Positions 8,213-22,784 of a stretch of 64,000 nucleotides of DNA are shown in pieces. The first letter of the stretch is position 1. Each line of letters starts with the position of its first letter. Source of the stretch: Eledone cirrhosa (taxonomy: Eukaryota); the NCBI GenBank assembly GCA_964016885.1, contig OZ024741.1, positions 36,890,001 through 36,954,000 of the forward strand, given 5' to 3'. The notes below the pieces were generated by a model, which ran no database searches, was not told where the DNA came from, and saw only the letters and a program-made list of their open reading frames with translations. The position numbers were made by a program, and so were the translations under genes.

Positions 8213-8960
8213 GTCAAGCAAGTAATACAGGATGAAATCAAACCCAATAACTGGCACAGCAATAAAATCATAAATTGCTACAAGGGAAAAGGTCATGCTT
8301 TAGAAAGGAGCAGCTATAGGGGAATAAAACTAATGGATCAAGTTATGAAAGTGATGGAAAGAGTTACAGTGCAGCTAATTAGAGAAAGAGTCAAATTAGA
8401 TGAGATGCAGTTTGGTTTCCTGCCTGGAAAAAATGCTACAAATGCCCTCTTTTTAGTGAGGCAACTACAGGAGAAATTCCTAGCCAAAACATAAGCTACT
8501 ATATTTAGCTTTCATTGATCTAAAAAAGGTCTTTGACAGAGTACCTCAATCTATTATCTGGTGGTCTTTAAGAAAATTAGGTGTGGAAGAACAGCTTGTG
8601 AAAACAGTGCAAGTGAGAGTAGGAAGTGAGTTTGGTGAGGAATTCAAGCTACAAGTAGGAGTTCATCAGGGTTTGGTTCTTAGCCCACTGCAGTTAATCA
8701 TAGTTCTCCAGGTCATAACAGAGGAGTTTAAAACTGGCTGTCCATGGGAACTTCTTTATGCAAATGATCTAGTCCTTATAGATGACTCCATAAAAGAACT
8801 AGGGAATAAGTTCAGACTATAGAAACAGAATTTGGAATCAAAAGGTCTGAGAGTAAACTTAGCCAAAACTAAAGTGCTAGTAAGTAGGAAAGAAGATAGG
8901 ACCATGATTCCCTCAATATGTAGAAGTGGTGTAGGCATAAACTCTATATGATGTACAAAG
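8213..8960 (+). pseudogene. RTE-clade LINE reverse transcriptase fragment
   Basis: YKGKG..YRGIKL..KVMERV..QFGFLPG, AFIDLKKVFDRVP, GVHQGLVLSP, LLYANDLVL and GLRVNLAKTKVL. A frameshift near 8490, an internal deletion and a stop at ~8820 are present. Confidence 0.92.
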
Positions 8961-9029
8961 TAGATTTCTTTCAGAGAAGGAATGAGAGTGAAAGAAAGGA
9001 AGTGAGAAAGAGAAATAGAGGAATAAGCT

Positions 9030-9460
9030 ACCCCAGTACTGAACTGATACTTTTTTATCAGGAAAGGATGAAAGACAAAGTTGACTTCGGTGGGACTTGA
9101 ACTCAGAACAAGTACCACAAAGCATTCTATCCAACATTCTAACAAATCTGCCAATTTACCACCAATATAACAGATACTGATGCTAACAATTCTGCTAATA
9201 CAACATCTTAGATTAGTACTTTATTTTATCAACACTGAATAGATAGAAGACAGAGTTGACTTCAGTGGGATTTGAACTCACAGTGCAGAGATGGCATTTT
9301 GTTTGATACTGAACCTTCCAATATACCATTTATGAACGATAAGGACTGGTACCTTATGTCATCAGTCTTGGAAAGTTGCTGGGAAAGTTGACTTCGGTGG
9401 GTTTTGAACTCAGAGTGCAGAAAGCCAGAACAAATACTGCAGGGCATTTTTTCATTTACT
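9030..9460 (-). mobile_element. Three partial tRNA-derived SINE copies (same family as 6641-7080)
   Basis: AAAGTTGACTTCGGTGGGA.TTGAACTCA recurs at ~9077, ~9253 and ~9384. It is the reverse complement of the B-box region. Confidence 0.75.
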
Positions 9461-9883
9461 TTAATGATTCAATTCGTTAACCAATGAATGTTAAGGAATG
9501 GAACTAAATACTGGTAATTTCTTTGGCACTCTACTTATTCTATTTGCCATGGTCATTCACCAGATCTGGAGATAAGGTTTAAAGGAAATTATTTGGTGTT
9601 AATAGTATATAAAGGAATTTCCCACCATTGTTTCTCAAGAAATATTATCCTTCCCTCATTATTTAATTTCTCTGTTCCTGTAAGAGTTCCACGCCATTAT
9701 TGTTCTACTATGCTTATCTCTGGTTAAAATTGTACCACAAAGTCTTTTACCAAAATACTCTGAGAGTTTTCACATGATTATTTCTTAAATGTGCTGATCT
9801 CATAATCAGGCAATTATTGTTATCTTCATGATCAAAACTTTTGAAAGGTTCCCACACATTTCTTTCACCATTATCACCACCGT

Positions 9884-9996
9884 TATCATCATCATCATCA
9901 TCATCAACATGCCTGCTTTTCCCATGCTTGCATGAGCTAGATGAGACTTTTTGAGGCAGGTTTTCTATGGCCAGATACACTTCCCAATGCCAACCC
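9884..9996 (-). mobile_element. Retroposon 3' end with (ATC)n tail, related to 300-455
   Basis: (ATC)n-AACATGCCTGCTTTTCCCATGCTTGCATG..TTTCTATGGCCAGATACACTTCCCAATGCCAACC. Confidence 0.65.
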
Positions 9997-10099
9997 ATTC
10001 CTTATTTTAGGTATGGTACATATGGCTGTTGGAACATAAACAATTGTTATTGGAGGCTCTTTTTTTTTTAAATGGTGGCAGAGTTCAGATTTCAAAGTA

Positions 10100-10325
10100 T
10101 TAACCCTTTTGATACCAAACCACATGATACCACCCCTGGTTCTATGACACAAAACTATTTGTTTTAAAATATTTATATTTATCTGGAGCCTTCCTTCATA
10201 ATTTTATGTAAGAACCTTTTGTTAAATTACATTCCATACACCTGATTAATGATGAGGAAGTTAGTTACATTACTAAATCTCTTCAAATTCTTATATGAAA
10301 ATCATGAAATATGGTAATGAAAGCA
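10100..10325 (-). mobile_element. MITE family P2
   Basis: TTAACCCTTTTGATACCAA ... ATGGTAATGAAAG. Confidence 0.75.
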
Positions 10326-10443
10326 TTATCATCTTCCTCTAGTTTTATGTGTTGATTTTAGCTTTTATTAGTTTGAGACTAAAGTCACAACACCACCTCT
10401 CCTCTCTTTTCCTTATCCCTCAGTCCACAAGAGTTACTGTACT

Positions 10444-11126
10444 TTAACCCTTTCATTACCATATTTCTAATAAATGACAATGCCTATTATTTTCAAATCA
10501 TTTTGAAAATAATCAAGGATTTGGAGAGATTTAGTAATATAACTTTTACATTATTATTATTTGATGGGGTCATCATTTGGGGGAAAGAACTTAATAAATT
10601 TGATTGATTTATATTAGAATCAAATAAAGCGTTTATTTCATGTTTCATCTGTGTTTATATATTCAAAATATTTTCCTTTCTCATAATATTTCTCAGTATA
10701 TTAGGCCTTATACTTGAGTCTTTGGGGCATAGAATCAAGATTTTCCCTGGGCAACACCAGAGTTCTGCACGCCGCTCTTTGGGTACAACTTAACCCTTTT
10801 GATACCAAATGACACCTAGTTCTATGACAGAAAACTGCTCTATTTATATTAAAATCTTTCATCATGATTTTAGGTAAGACATTTTTGTTATGTTCCATAC
10901 ATCAACTTGATAATCAAACAGATATTTTACTAAATTCCTAAAAATGTTCTATTATTTTCCATATCAATCGAACCACATTAGTAGAAATATGGAAGCAAAA
11001 GGATTAAAGGTCTTTACATAAAAATATGATGGAAGATCTTTAGATACATATAAACATTTAGAAATAAATAACTTAGTATTATAAAATCAAGGTTAGTTTC
11101 AGGTGGTTTGGAATCAAAAGGGTTAA
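10444..11126 (+). mobile_element. MITE family P2 interrupted by an unrelated ~230-bp segment and an inverted P2 copy (10790-11007)
   Basis: Outer ends are TTAACCCTTTCATTACC and GAATCAAAAGGGTTAA. The inner copy runs TTAACCCTTTTGATACC ... AAAAGGATTAA. Confidence 0.7.
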
Positions 11127-11299
11127 TGAAATTTCCTTTGGCCTAACTATTTCTAATACAGACCACAACAAGTTTCTTTGAGTTCCAGATAAGTTTTTAT
11201 TTTTTATTTTCCTGCCCTGAACAGCTGGGCAGGGAACTAATCATAGATTTTGAGATTCTCAACACCTGTCTTGCTAAACCAACTTCCAAGCGTTTGAGC

Positions 11300-11583
11300 T
11301 TAAACCCTTTTCATACCAAACAACCTCTAGTTCTATAATACAAAACTGTTTTAAAATGTTTATATTCATCTAAAAACCTTCCATCATAATTTTATACAAG
11401 AACCTTTGTTAACTTATGTTCCAAAAACCAGTTTAATAATGAGAAAGTTAGTTATGTTACTGAATCCTTCCAAATTCTTGATTATTTGAAAATCGTAAGC
11501 AGTGCATATCATTAGAAATCATCATCATCATCGTTCAACATCCACTTTCCATGCTAGCTTGAAATAGATAAGGAAAGGGTTAA
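11300..11583 (-). mobile_element. MITE family P2 with a small retroposon-tail insertion
   Basis: TTAAACCCTTTTCATACC ... GGAAAGGGTTAA, with an (ATC)n tail fragment at 11518-11560. Confidence 0.75.
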
Positions 11584-11609
11584 GTGTGTCATTGCAGCTT
11601 CTGCTATTT

Positions 11610-11810
11610 TTATTGTTGTTGTGATTGTTTCAGTTGTTATTTAACCCCAGGTCAGCACTGATAGAGCAGATCTGAGATCAAAGGTATTCTTGACATGTCC
11701 ATCCATTCTGTCTTTTGTTTTATTCAATCAGTGTATCTAGTAATACATTATCTATTACAAACTTGCTCTTCTTTTTAAGATAGTAGAGGGATTTATTTGC
11801 TATTTTGTAC
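11610..11810 (+). mobile_element. Unclassified interspersed repeat
   Basis: Decayed reverse-complement relatives, each interrupted by an insert, lie at ~58850-59250 and ~60690-61120. Confidence 0.45.
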
Positions 11811-11917
11811 AGGCTCTGTCATTGGTCAGGGGCCAGTAGTGGTAGGGGTGTTGCTATTGTCATTTTTCACAGTAAGGGCCATGCTTCAGTGATCAATAAA
11901 GAGCTCTTATTTGTTTG

Positions 11918-12170
11918 CCCCTCTCTCTCTCTCTCTTAAACACATGCACACACTCTCTCTTTATCACACACACAACTTTACACACACTCATATACAAATA
12001 CACACAGACATATACACACACATATGCACGCATAAACACACAAAGACACACACACACACAAAGTAAAAACTCACCCCTATCAGCCTTTACTCCTCTATCA
12101 ACAATCCCCCTTCTCCCTTACAACCCCTCACACCACCACCCTCTCATACAACATCCCCCCCCCCCTCCTC
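11918..12170. repeat. (CT)n, (CA)n and C-rich low-complexity tract
   Basis: Directly visible. Confidence 0.8.
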
Positions 12171-12384
12171 TGTATGCATCACAGTCCAGCTGCTGCTTGT
12201 GTGTGTGTAATCAGACCATGGTCATCTCTGACAACTGGACAGCCGAACTGGAGTGTTCGGTTCATTGGGCTGAGAAACGTTTTGATAAACGATCCTCCTC
12301 GACTTAGCTTGAAATAATGGATTAATGATGTATTTTGGGGGGATTCACAGATTTTCTCTCTTTCTCAGCATCCTTGTCACTATG

Positions 12385-13130
12385 ACAACAGTTACCACCA
12401 CCTCCACAACCACCACCACTACAGTAACCACCGATATCATCAACACCACAACATACGCTATCCTGTTACTACCACCAACTCCATACCGCCACCTCTTACG
12501 ACCATCTCCCACCACAACCACCACCTCCCACCACAACCATCACCACCACCACCATCATCACTACCTTCACCAACTCCACCACCATCACCTCCTCCAACGA
12601 CCATCTCCCACCACCACCACCATCACTACCTTCACCAACTCCAGTACCGCCACCTCCCATGACCATCTCCCACCACCATCACCACCATCACTACCTTCAC
12701 CCCCCATCACCAGCTTCACCCCCCCATGACAATCTCATACCACCACCACCTTCACCAACTCCATCACCACCCACGACCATCTCCCACCACCGCCACCACC
12801 ACCATCATCACAACCTTCACCAACTCCACCACCACCTCCCATCACCATCACTACCTTCACCACTGCCATTACCTTTAGTATTACCACCATATCTTACATC
12901 ATCATCACCATCAACATTACTAGATGTGTCATGCCACCATGGCAGATATCTTTCCCACTTCACCATCTTCCACCATCTTAACTATCTTTGCCACACCCTG
13001 ATTTCACCACCGCCGCCATCATCATCAATACTTCTACCACTGCCATCCTCACCACCACCACCACCACCACCACCACTATTATAAAAACCACCAACACTAC
13101 CACCATATCTGTCTTTACCACTCTACTCTG
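12385..13130. repeat. Degenerate (ACC/ATC)n low-complexity region leading into satellite 1
   Basis: GACCATCTCCCACCAC recurs at ~12500, 12599, 12661 and 12774. CATCACTACCTTCACC also recurs. Confidence 0.8.
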
Positions 13131-16100
13131 AATGCCACCACAACTATCACTACAACCACCACTCCACCACCACCACCACCACAACTATCACTACCACCAC
13201 CACTCCACCACCACCACCACCACAAATATCACTACAACCACCACTCCACCACCACCACCAAAACTATCACTACCACCACCACCCCACCACCACCACCACC
13301 ACCACAACTATCACTACCACCACCACTCCACCACCACCACCACAACTATCACTACCCCCCCCCCCCCCACCACAACTATCACTACAACCACCACTCCACC
13401 ACCACCACCACAACTATCACTACCACCACCACTCCACCACCACCACCACCACAAATATCACTACAACCACCACTCCACCACCACCAACACAACTATCACT
13501 ACCACCACCAATCCACCACCACCACCACAACTATCACTACCACCACCACTACACCACCACCACCACAACTATCACTACCACCACCACTCCACCACCACCA
13601 CCACCACAACTATCACTACTACCACTACTCCACAACAACCACAACAACTATCACTACCACCAACACTCCACTACCACCACCACAACTATCACTACCACCA
13701 CCACTCCACCACCACCACCACAACTATCACTACCACCACCACTCCACCACCACCACCACCACAACTATCACTACCACCACCACTCCACCACCACCAGCAC
13801 AACTATCACTACCACCACCACTCCACCACCACAACTATCACTACCAACACCTCTCCACCACCACCACCACAACTATCACTACCACCACCACTCCACCACC
13901 ACCACCACCACCACAACTATCACTACCACCACCACTACACCACCACCACCACAACTATCACTACCACCACCACTCCACCACCACCACCACCACAACTATC
14001 ACTACTACCACTACTCCACAACAACCACCACAACTATCACTACCACCAACACTCCACTACCACCACCACAACTATCACTACCACCACCACTCCACCACCA
14101 CCACCACAACTATCACTACCACCACCACTCCACCACCACCACCACCACAACTATCACTACCACCACCACTCCACCACCACCAGCACAACTATCACTACCA
14201 CCACCACTCCACCACCACCACCACAACTATCACTACCACCACCACTCCACCACCACAACTATCACTACCACCACAACTATCACTACCACCACCACTCCAC
14301 CACCACCACCACAACTATCACTACCACCACCACTCCACCACCACCACCACCACCACAACTATCACTACCACCACCACTCCACCACCACCTCAACTATCAC
14401 TACCACCACCACTCCACCACCACCACCATAACTATCACTACCACCACCACTCCACCACCACCACCACAACTATCACGACCACCACCACTCCACCACCACC
14501 ACCACAACTATCACTACCACCACCACTCCACCACCACCACCACAACTATCACTACCACCACCACTCCACCACCACCACCACAACTATCACTACCACCACC
14601 ACTCCACCACCACCACCACAACTATCACTACCACCACCACTCCACCACCACCACCACCACCACCACAACTATCACTACCACCACCACTCCACCACCACCT
14701 CAACTATCACTACCACCACCACTCCACCACCACCACCATAACTATCACTACCACCACCACTCCACCACCACCACCACAACTATCACTACAACCACCACTC
14801 CACCACCACCACCACCACAACTATCACTACCACCACCACTCCACCACCACCACCACCACAAATATCACTACAACCACCACTACACCACCACCAACACAAC
14901 TATCACTACCACCACCAATCCACCACCACCACCACAACTATCACTACCACCACCACTCCACCACCACCACCACAACTATCACTACCACCACCACTCCACC
15001 ACCACCACCACCACCACAACTATCACTACCACCACCACTCCACCACCACCAGCACAACTATCACTACCACCACCACTCCACCACCACCACCACCACCACA
15101 ACTATCACTACCACCACCACTCCACCACCACCACCACAACTATCACTACCACCACCACTCCACCACCACCACCACCACAACTATCACTACTACCACTACT
15201 CCACAACAACCACCACAGCTATCACTACCACCAACACTCCACTACCACCACCACAACTATCACTACCACCACCACTCCACCACCACCACCACAACTATCA
15301 CTACCACCACCACTACACCACCACCACCACAACTACCACTACCCCCCCCCCCCCCCACCACCACCACAACTATCACTACAACCACCACTCCACCACCACC
15401 ACCACCACAACTATCACTACCACCACCACTCCACCACCACCACCACCACAAATATCACTACAACCACCACTCCACCACCACCACCACCACAACTATCACT
15501 ACCACCACCACTCCACCACCACCAGCACAACTATCACTACCACCACCACTCCACCACCACCACCACCACCACAACTATCACTACCACCACCACTCCACCA
15601 CCACCACCACAACTATCACTACCACCACCACTCCACCACCACCAACACAACTATCACTACCACCACCAATCCACCACCACCACCACAACTATCACTACCA
15701 CCACCACTCCACCACCACCACCACAACTATCACTACCACCACCACTCCACCACCACCACCACAACTATCACTACCACCACCACTCCACCACCACCACCAC
15801 CACAACTATCACTACCATCACCACTCCACCACCACCACCACAACTATCACTACCACCACCACTCCACCACCACCACCACCACAACTATCACTACTACCAC
15901 TACTCCACAACAACCACCACAACTATCACTACCACCAACACTCCACTACCACCACCACAACTATCACTACCACCACCACTCCACCACCACCACCACAACT
16001 ATCACTACCACCACCACTACACCACCACCACCACAACTATCACTACCACCACCACTCCACCACCACCACCACCACAACTATCACTACCACCACCACTCCA

Positions 16101-19100
16101 CCACCACCACCACCACAACTATCACTACCACCACCACTCCACCACCACCACCACCACAACTATTACTACCACCACCACTCCACCACCACCACCACCACAA
16201 CTATCACTACCACCACCACTCCACCACCACCACCACAACTATCACTACCACCACCACTCCACCACCACCATCACAACTATCACTACCACCACCACTCCAC
16301 CACCACCACCACAACTATCACTACCACCACCACTCCACCACCACCACCACAACTATCACTACCACCACCACTCCACCACCACCACCACCACAACTATCAC
16401 TACCATCACCACTCCACGAGCACCACCACAACTATCACTACCACCACCACTCCACAACCACCACAACTATCACTACCACCACCACTCCACCACCACCACC
16501 ACAACTATCACTACCACCACCACTCCACAACCACCACCACCACAACTATCACTACCACCACCACTCCACCACCACCAGCACAACTATCACTACCAACACC
16601 ACTCCACCACCACCACCACCACAACTATCACTACCACCACCACTCCACCACCACCACCACAACTATCACTACCACCACCACTCCACCACCACCACCACAA
16701 CTATCACTACCACCACCACTCCACCACCACCACCACAACTATCACTACTACCACCACTCCACCACCACCACCACAACTATCACTACCACCACCACTCCAC
16801 CACCACCACCACAACTATCACTACCACCACCACTCCACCACCACCACCACAACTATCACTACCACCACCACTCCACCACCACCACCACAACTATCACTAC
16901 CACCACCACTCCACCACCACCACCACAACTATCACTACCTCCACCACTCCACGACCACCACCACAACTATCACTACCACCACCACTCCACCACCACCACA
17001 ACTATCACTACCACCACCACTCCACCACCACCACCACAACTATCACTACCACAACCACTCCACCACCACCACCACAACTATCACTACCACGACCATTCCA
17101 CCACCACCTCCACAACTATCACAACCACCACCACTCCACCACCACCACCACAACTATCACTATCACCACCACTCCACCACCACCACCACAACTATCACTA
17201 CCACCACCACCCCACCACCACCACCACAACTATCACGACCACCACCACAACTATCACTACCACCACCACTCCACCACCACCACAACTATCACCACCACCA
17301 CCACAACTATCACTACCACCACCACTCCACCACTACCACCACAACTATCACTACCACCACCACTCCACAACCACCACCACAACTATCACTACCACCACTA
17401 CTCCACCACCACCACCACAACTATAAAAACCACCACCACTCCACCACCACCAGCACAACTATCACTACCACCACCACTCCACCACCACCACCACAACTAT
17501 CACTACCACCACCACTCCACCACCACCACCACAACTATCACTACCACCACCACTCCACCACCACCAACACAACTATCACTACCACCACCACTCCACCACC
17601 ACCAACACAACTATCACTACCACCACCACTCCACCACCACCACCACAACTATCACTACCACCACCACTCCACGACCAGCACCACAACTATCACTACCACC
17701 ACCACTCCACCACCACCACCACAACTATCACCACCACCACTCCACCACCACCACCACAACTATCACTACCACAACCACTCCACCACCACCACCACAACTA
17801 TCACTACCACCACCACTCCACCACCACCACCACCACAACTATCACTACCACCACCACTCCACCACCACCACCACAACTATCACTACCACCACCACTCCAC
17901 CACCACCACCACAACTATCACTACCACCACAACTCCACCACCACCACCACCACCACCACCACAACTATCACTACCTCCACCACTCCACCACCACCACCAC
18001 AACTATCACTACCACCACCACTCCACCACCACCACCACAACTATCACTACCACCACCACTCCACCACCACCACCACCACCACCACCACCACAACTATCAC
18101 TACCTCCACCACAACTATCACTACCACCACCACTCCACCACCACCACAACTATCACTACCACCACCACTCCACCACCACCACCACAACTATCACTACCAC
18201 CACCACTCCACCACCACCACCACAACTATCACTACCACCACCACTCCACCACCACCACCACAACTATCACTACCACCACCACTCCACCACCACCACCACA
18301 ACTATCACTACCACCACCACTCCACCACCACCACCACAACTATCACTACCTCCACCACTCCACGACCACCACCACAACTATCACTACCACCACCACTCCA
18401 CCACCACCACAACTATCACTACCACCACCACTCCACCACCACCACAACTATCACCACCACCACCACAACTATCACTACCACCACCACTCCACCACTACCA
18501 CCACAACTATCACTACCACCACCACTCCACAACCACCACCACAACTATCACTACCACCACTACTCCACCACCACCACCACAACTATAAAAACCACCACCA
18601 CTCCACCACCACCAGCACAACTATCACTACCACCACCACTCCACCACCACCACCACAACTATCACTACCACCACCACTCCACCACCACCACCACAACTAT
18701 CACTACCACCACCACTCCACCACCACCAACACAACTATCACTACCACCACCACTCCACCACCACCAACACAACTATCACTACCACCACCACTCCACCACC
18801 ACCACCACAACTATCACTACCACCACCACTCCACGACCAGCACCACAACTATCACTACCACCACCACTCCACCACCACCACCACAACTATCACCACCACC
18901 ACCACCACTCCACCACCACCACCACAACTATCACTACCACAACCACTCCACCACCACCACCACAACTATCACTACCACCACCACTCCACCACCACCACCA
19001 CAACTATCACTACCACCACCACTCCACCACCACCACCACAACTATCACTACCACCACCACTCCACCACCACCACCACAACTATCACTACCACCACCACTC

Positions 19101-22100
19101 CACCACCACCACCACAACTATCACTACTACCACCACTCCACCACCACCACCACAACTATCACTACCACCACCACTCCACCACCACCACCACAACTATCAC
19201 TACCACCACCACTCCACCACCACCACCACAACTATCACTACCACCACCACTCCACCACCACCACCACAACTATCACTACCACCACCACTCCACCACCACC
19301 ACCACAACTATCACTACCTCCACCACTCCACGACCACCACCACAACTATCACTACCACCACCACTCCACCACCACCACAACTATCACTACCACCACCACT
19401 CCACCACCACCACCACAACTATCACTACCACAACCACTCCACCACCACCACCACAACTATCACTACCACGACCATTCCACCACCACCTCCACAACTATCA
19501 CAACCACCACCACTCCACCACCACCACCACAACTATCACTATCACCACCACTCCACCACCACCACCACAACTATCACTACCACCACCACCCCACCACCAC
19601 CACCACAACTATCACGACCACCACCACAACTATCACTACCACCACCACTCCACCACCACCACAACTATCACCACCACCACCACAACTATCACTACCACCA
19701 CTACTCCACCACCACCACCACAACTATAAAAACCACCACCACTCCACCACCACCAGCACAACTATCACTACCACCACCACTCCACCACCACCACCACAAC
19801 TATCACTACCACCACCACTCCACCACCACCACCACTACTATCACTACCACCACCACTCCACCACCACCAACACAACTATCACTACCACCACCACTCCACC
19901 ACCACCAACACAACTATCACTACCACCACCACTCCACCACCACCACCACAACTATCACTACCACCACCACTCCACGACCAGCACCACAACTATCACTACC
20001 ACCACCACTCCACCACCACCACCACAACTATCACCACCACCACTCCACCACCACCACCACAACTATCACTACCACAACCACTCCACCACCACCACCACAA
20101 CTATCACTACCACCACCACTCCACCACCACCACCACCACAACTATCACTACCACCACCACTCCACCACCACCACCACAACTATCACTACCACCACCACTC
20201 CACCACCACCACCACAACTATCACTACCACCACAACTCCACCACCACCACCACCACCACCACCACAACTATCACTACCTCCACCACTCCACCACCACCAC
20301 CACAACTATCACTACCACCACCACTCCACCACCACCACCACAACTATCACTACCACCACCACTCCACCACCACCACCACCACCACCACCACCACAACTAT
20401 CACTACCTCCACCACAACTATCACTACCACCACCACTCCACCACCACCACAACTATCACTACCACCACCACTCCACCACCACCACCACAACTATCACTAC
20501 CACCACCACTCCACCACCACCACCACAACTATCACTACCACCACCACTCCACCACCACCACCACAACTATCACTACCACCACCACTCCACCACCACCACC
20601 ACAACTATCACTACCACCACCACTCCACCACCACCACCACAACTATCACTACCTCCACCACTCCACGACCACCACCACAACTATCACTACCACCACCACT
20701 CCACCACCACCACAACTATCACTACCACCACCACTCCACCACCACCACAACTATCACCACCACCACCACAACTATCACTACCACCACCACTCCACCACTA
20801 CCACCACAACTATCACTACCACCACCACTCCACAACCACCACCACAACTATCACTACCACCACTACTCCACCACCACCACCACAACTATAAAAACCACCA
20901 CCACTCCACCACCACCAGCACAACTATCACTACCACCACCACTCCACCACCACCACCACAACTATCACTACCACCACCACTCCACCACCACCACCACAAC
21001 TATCACTACCACCACCACTCCACCACCACCAACACAACTATCACTACCACCACCACTCCACCACCACCAACACAACTATCACTACCACCACCACTCCACC
21101 ACCACCACCACAACTATCACTACCACCACCACTCCACGACCAGCACCACAACTATCACTACCACCACCACTCCACCACCACCACCACAACTATCACCACC
21201 ACCACCACCACTCCACCACCACCACCACAACTATCACTACCACAACCACTCCACCACCACCACCACAACTATCACTACCACCACCACTCCACCACCACCA
21301 CCACCACAACTATCACTACCACCACCACTCCACCACCACCACCACAACTATCACTACCACCACCACTCCACCACCACCACCACAACTATCACTACCACCA
21401 CAACTCCACCACCACCACCACCACCACCACCACAACTATCACTACCTCCACCACTCCACCACCACCACCACAACTATCACTACCACCACCACTCCACCAC
21501 CACCACCACAACTATCACTACCACCACCACTCCACCACCACCACCACCACCACCACCACCACAACTATCACTACCTCCACCACAACTATCACTACCACCA
21601 CCACTCTACCACCACCACAACTATCACTACCACCACCACTCCACCACCACCACCACAACTATCACTACCACCACCACTCCACCACCACCACCACAACTAT
21701 CACTACCACCACCACTCCACCACCACCACCACAACTATCACTACCACCACCACTCCACCACCAACACCACAAGTATCAGTATCACCACCACTCCACCACC
21801 ACCACCACAACTATCACTACCACCACCACCCCACCACCACCACCACAACTATCACGACCACCACCACAACTATCACTACCACCACCACTCCACCACCACC
21901 ACCACCACAACTATCACTACCACCACCACTCCATCACCACCACCACAACTATCACTACCACCACCACCACTCCACCACCACCACCACAACTATCACTACC
22001 ACCACTACTCCACCACCACCACCACAACTATAAAAACCACCACCACTCCACCACCACCAGCACAACTATCACTACCACCACCACTCCACCACCACCAGCA

Positions 22101-22692
22101 CAACTATCATTACCACCACCACTCTACCACCACCACAACTATCACTACCACCACCACCCCACCACCACCACCACAACTATCACTACCACCACCACTACAC
22201 CACTCCACCACAACTATCACTACCACCACCACTCCACCACCACCACCACAACTATCACTACCACCACCACTCCACCACCACCACCACAACTATCAATACC
22301 ACCACCACTCCACCACCACCACCACAACTATCACTATCACCACCACTCCACCACCACCACCACAACTATCACTACCACCCTCACCCCCACCACCACCACA
22401 AATATCACTACCACCACCACTCCACCACCACCACCACAACTATCACTATCACCACCACTCCACCACCACCACCACAACTATCACTACCACCACCACCCCA
22501 CCACCACCACCAGCACCACAACTATCACTACCACCACCACTACACCACCACCAACACAACTATCACTACCACCACCACTCCACCACCACCACCACAACTA
22601 TCACTACCACCACCACTCCACCACCACCACCACAACTATCACTACCACCACCACTCCACCACCACCACCACAACTATCACTACCACCACCAA
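13131..22692 (+). repeat. Satellite 1: ~9.6-kb tandem array, consensus 38-bp unit ACAACTATCACTACCACCACCACTCCACCACCACCACC
   Basis: Roughly 250 units by length/unit estimate. Length variants differ mostly by 3 nt and the + strand has almost no G. Confidence 0.97.
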
Positions 22693-22784
22693 CATAAATA
22701 AGATAAAAACATTGCTTAACTAAAAAAAGAAAACAAACCAAAATAAAAAAAAGCTGTTATTTGTAGTGTTGTTTACCAACACAA

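Noticed and set aside
8180-8822. Active reverse transcriptase or a novel RT system
   Set aside because: It has a frameshift, deletion and stop, and YADD is changed to YAND. This is an ordinary dead RTE fragment.
11915-13084. His/Pro/Thr-rich ORFs with an apparent signal-like start at 12325
   Set aside because: They lie in low-complexity CA/ACC DNA where frames stay open by composition. The hydrophobic start derives from a CT-rich tract and has no independent support.
13132-18588. 1818-aa extensin- or histidine-rich-like protein as an annotated CDS
   Set aside because: It is the translation of a 38-bp satellite rotating through frames. The array continues 4 kb past the stop.
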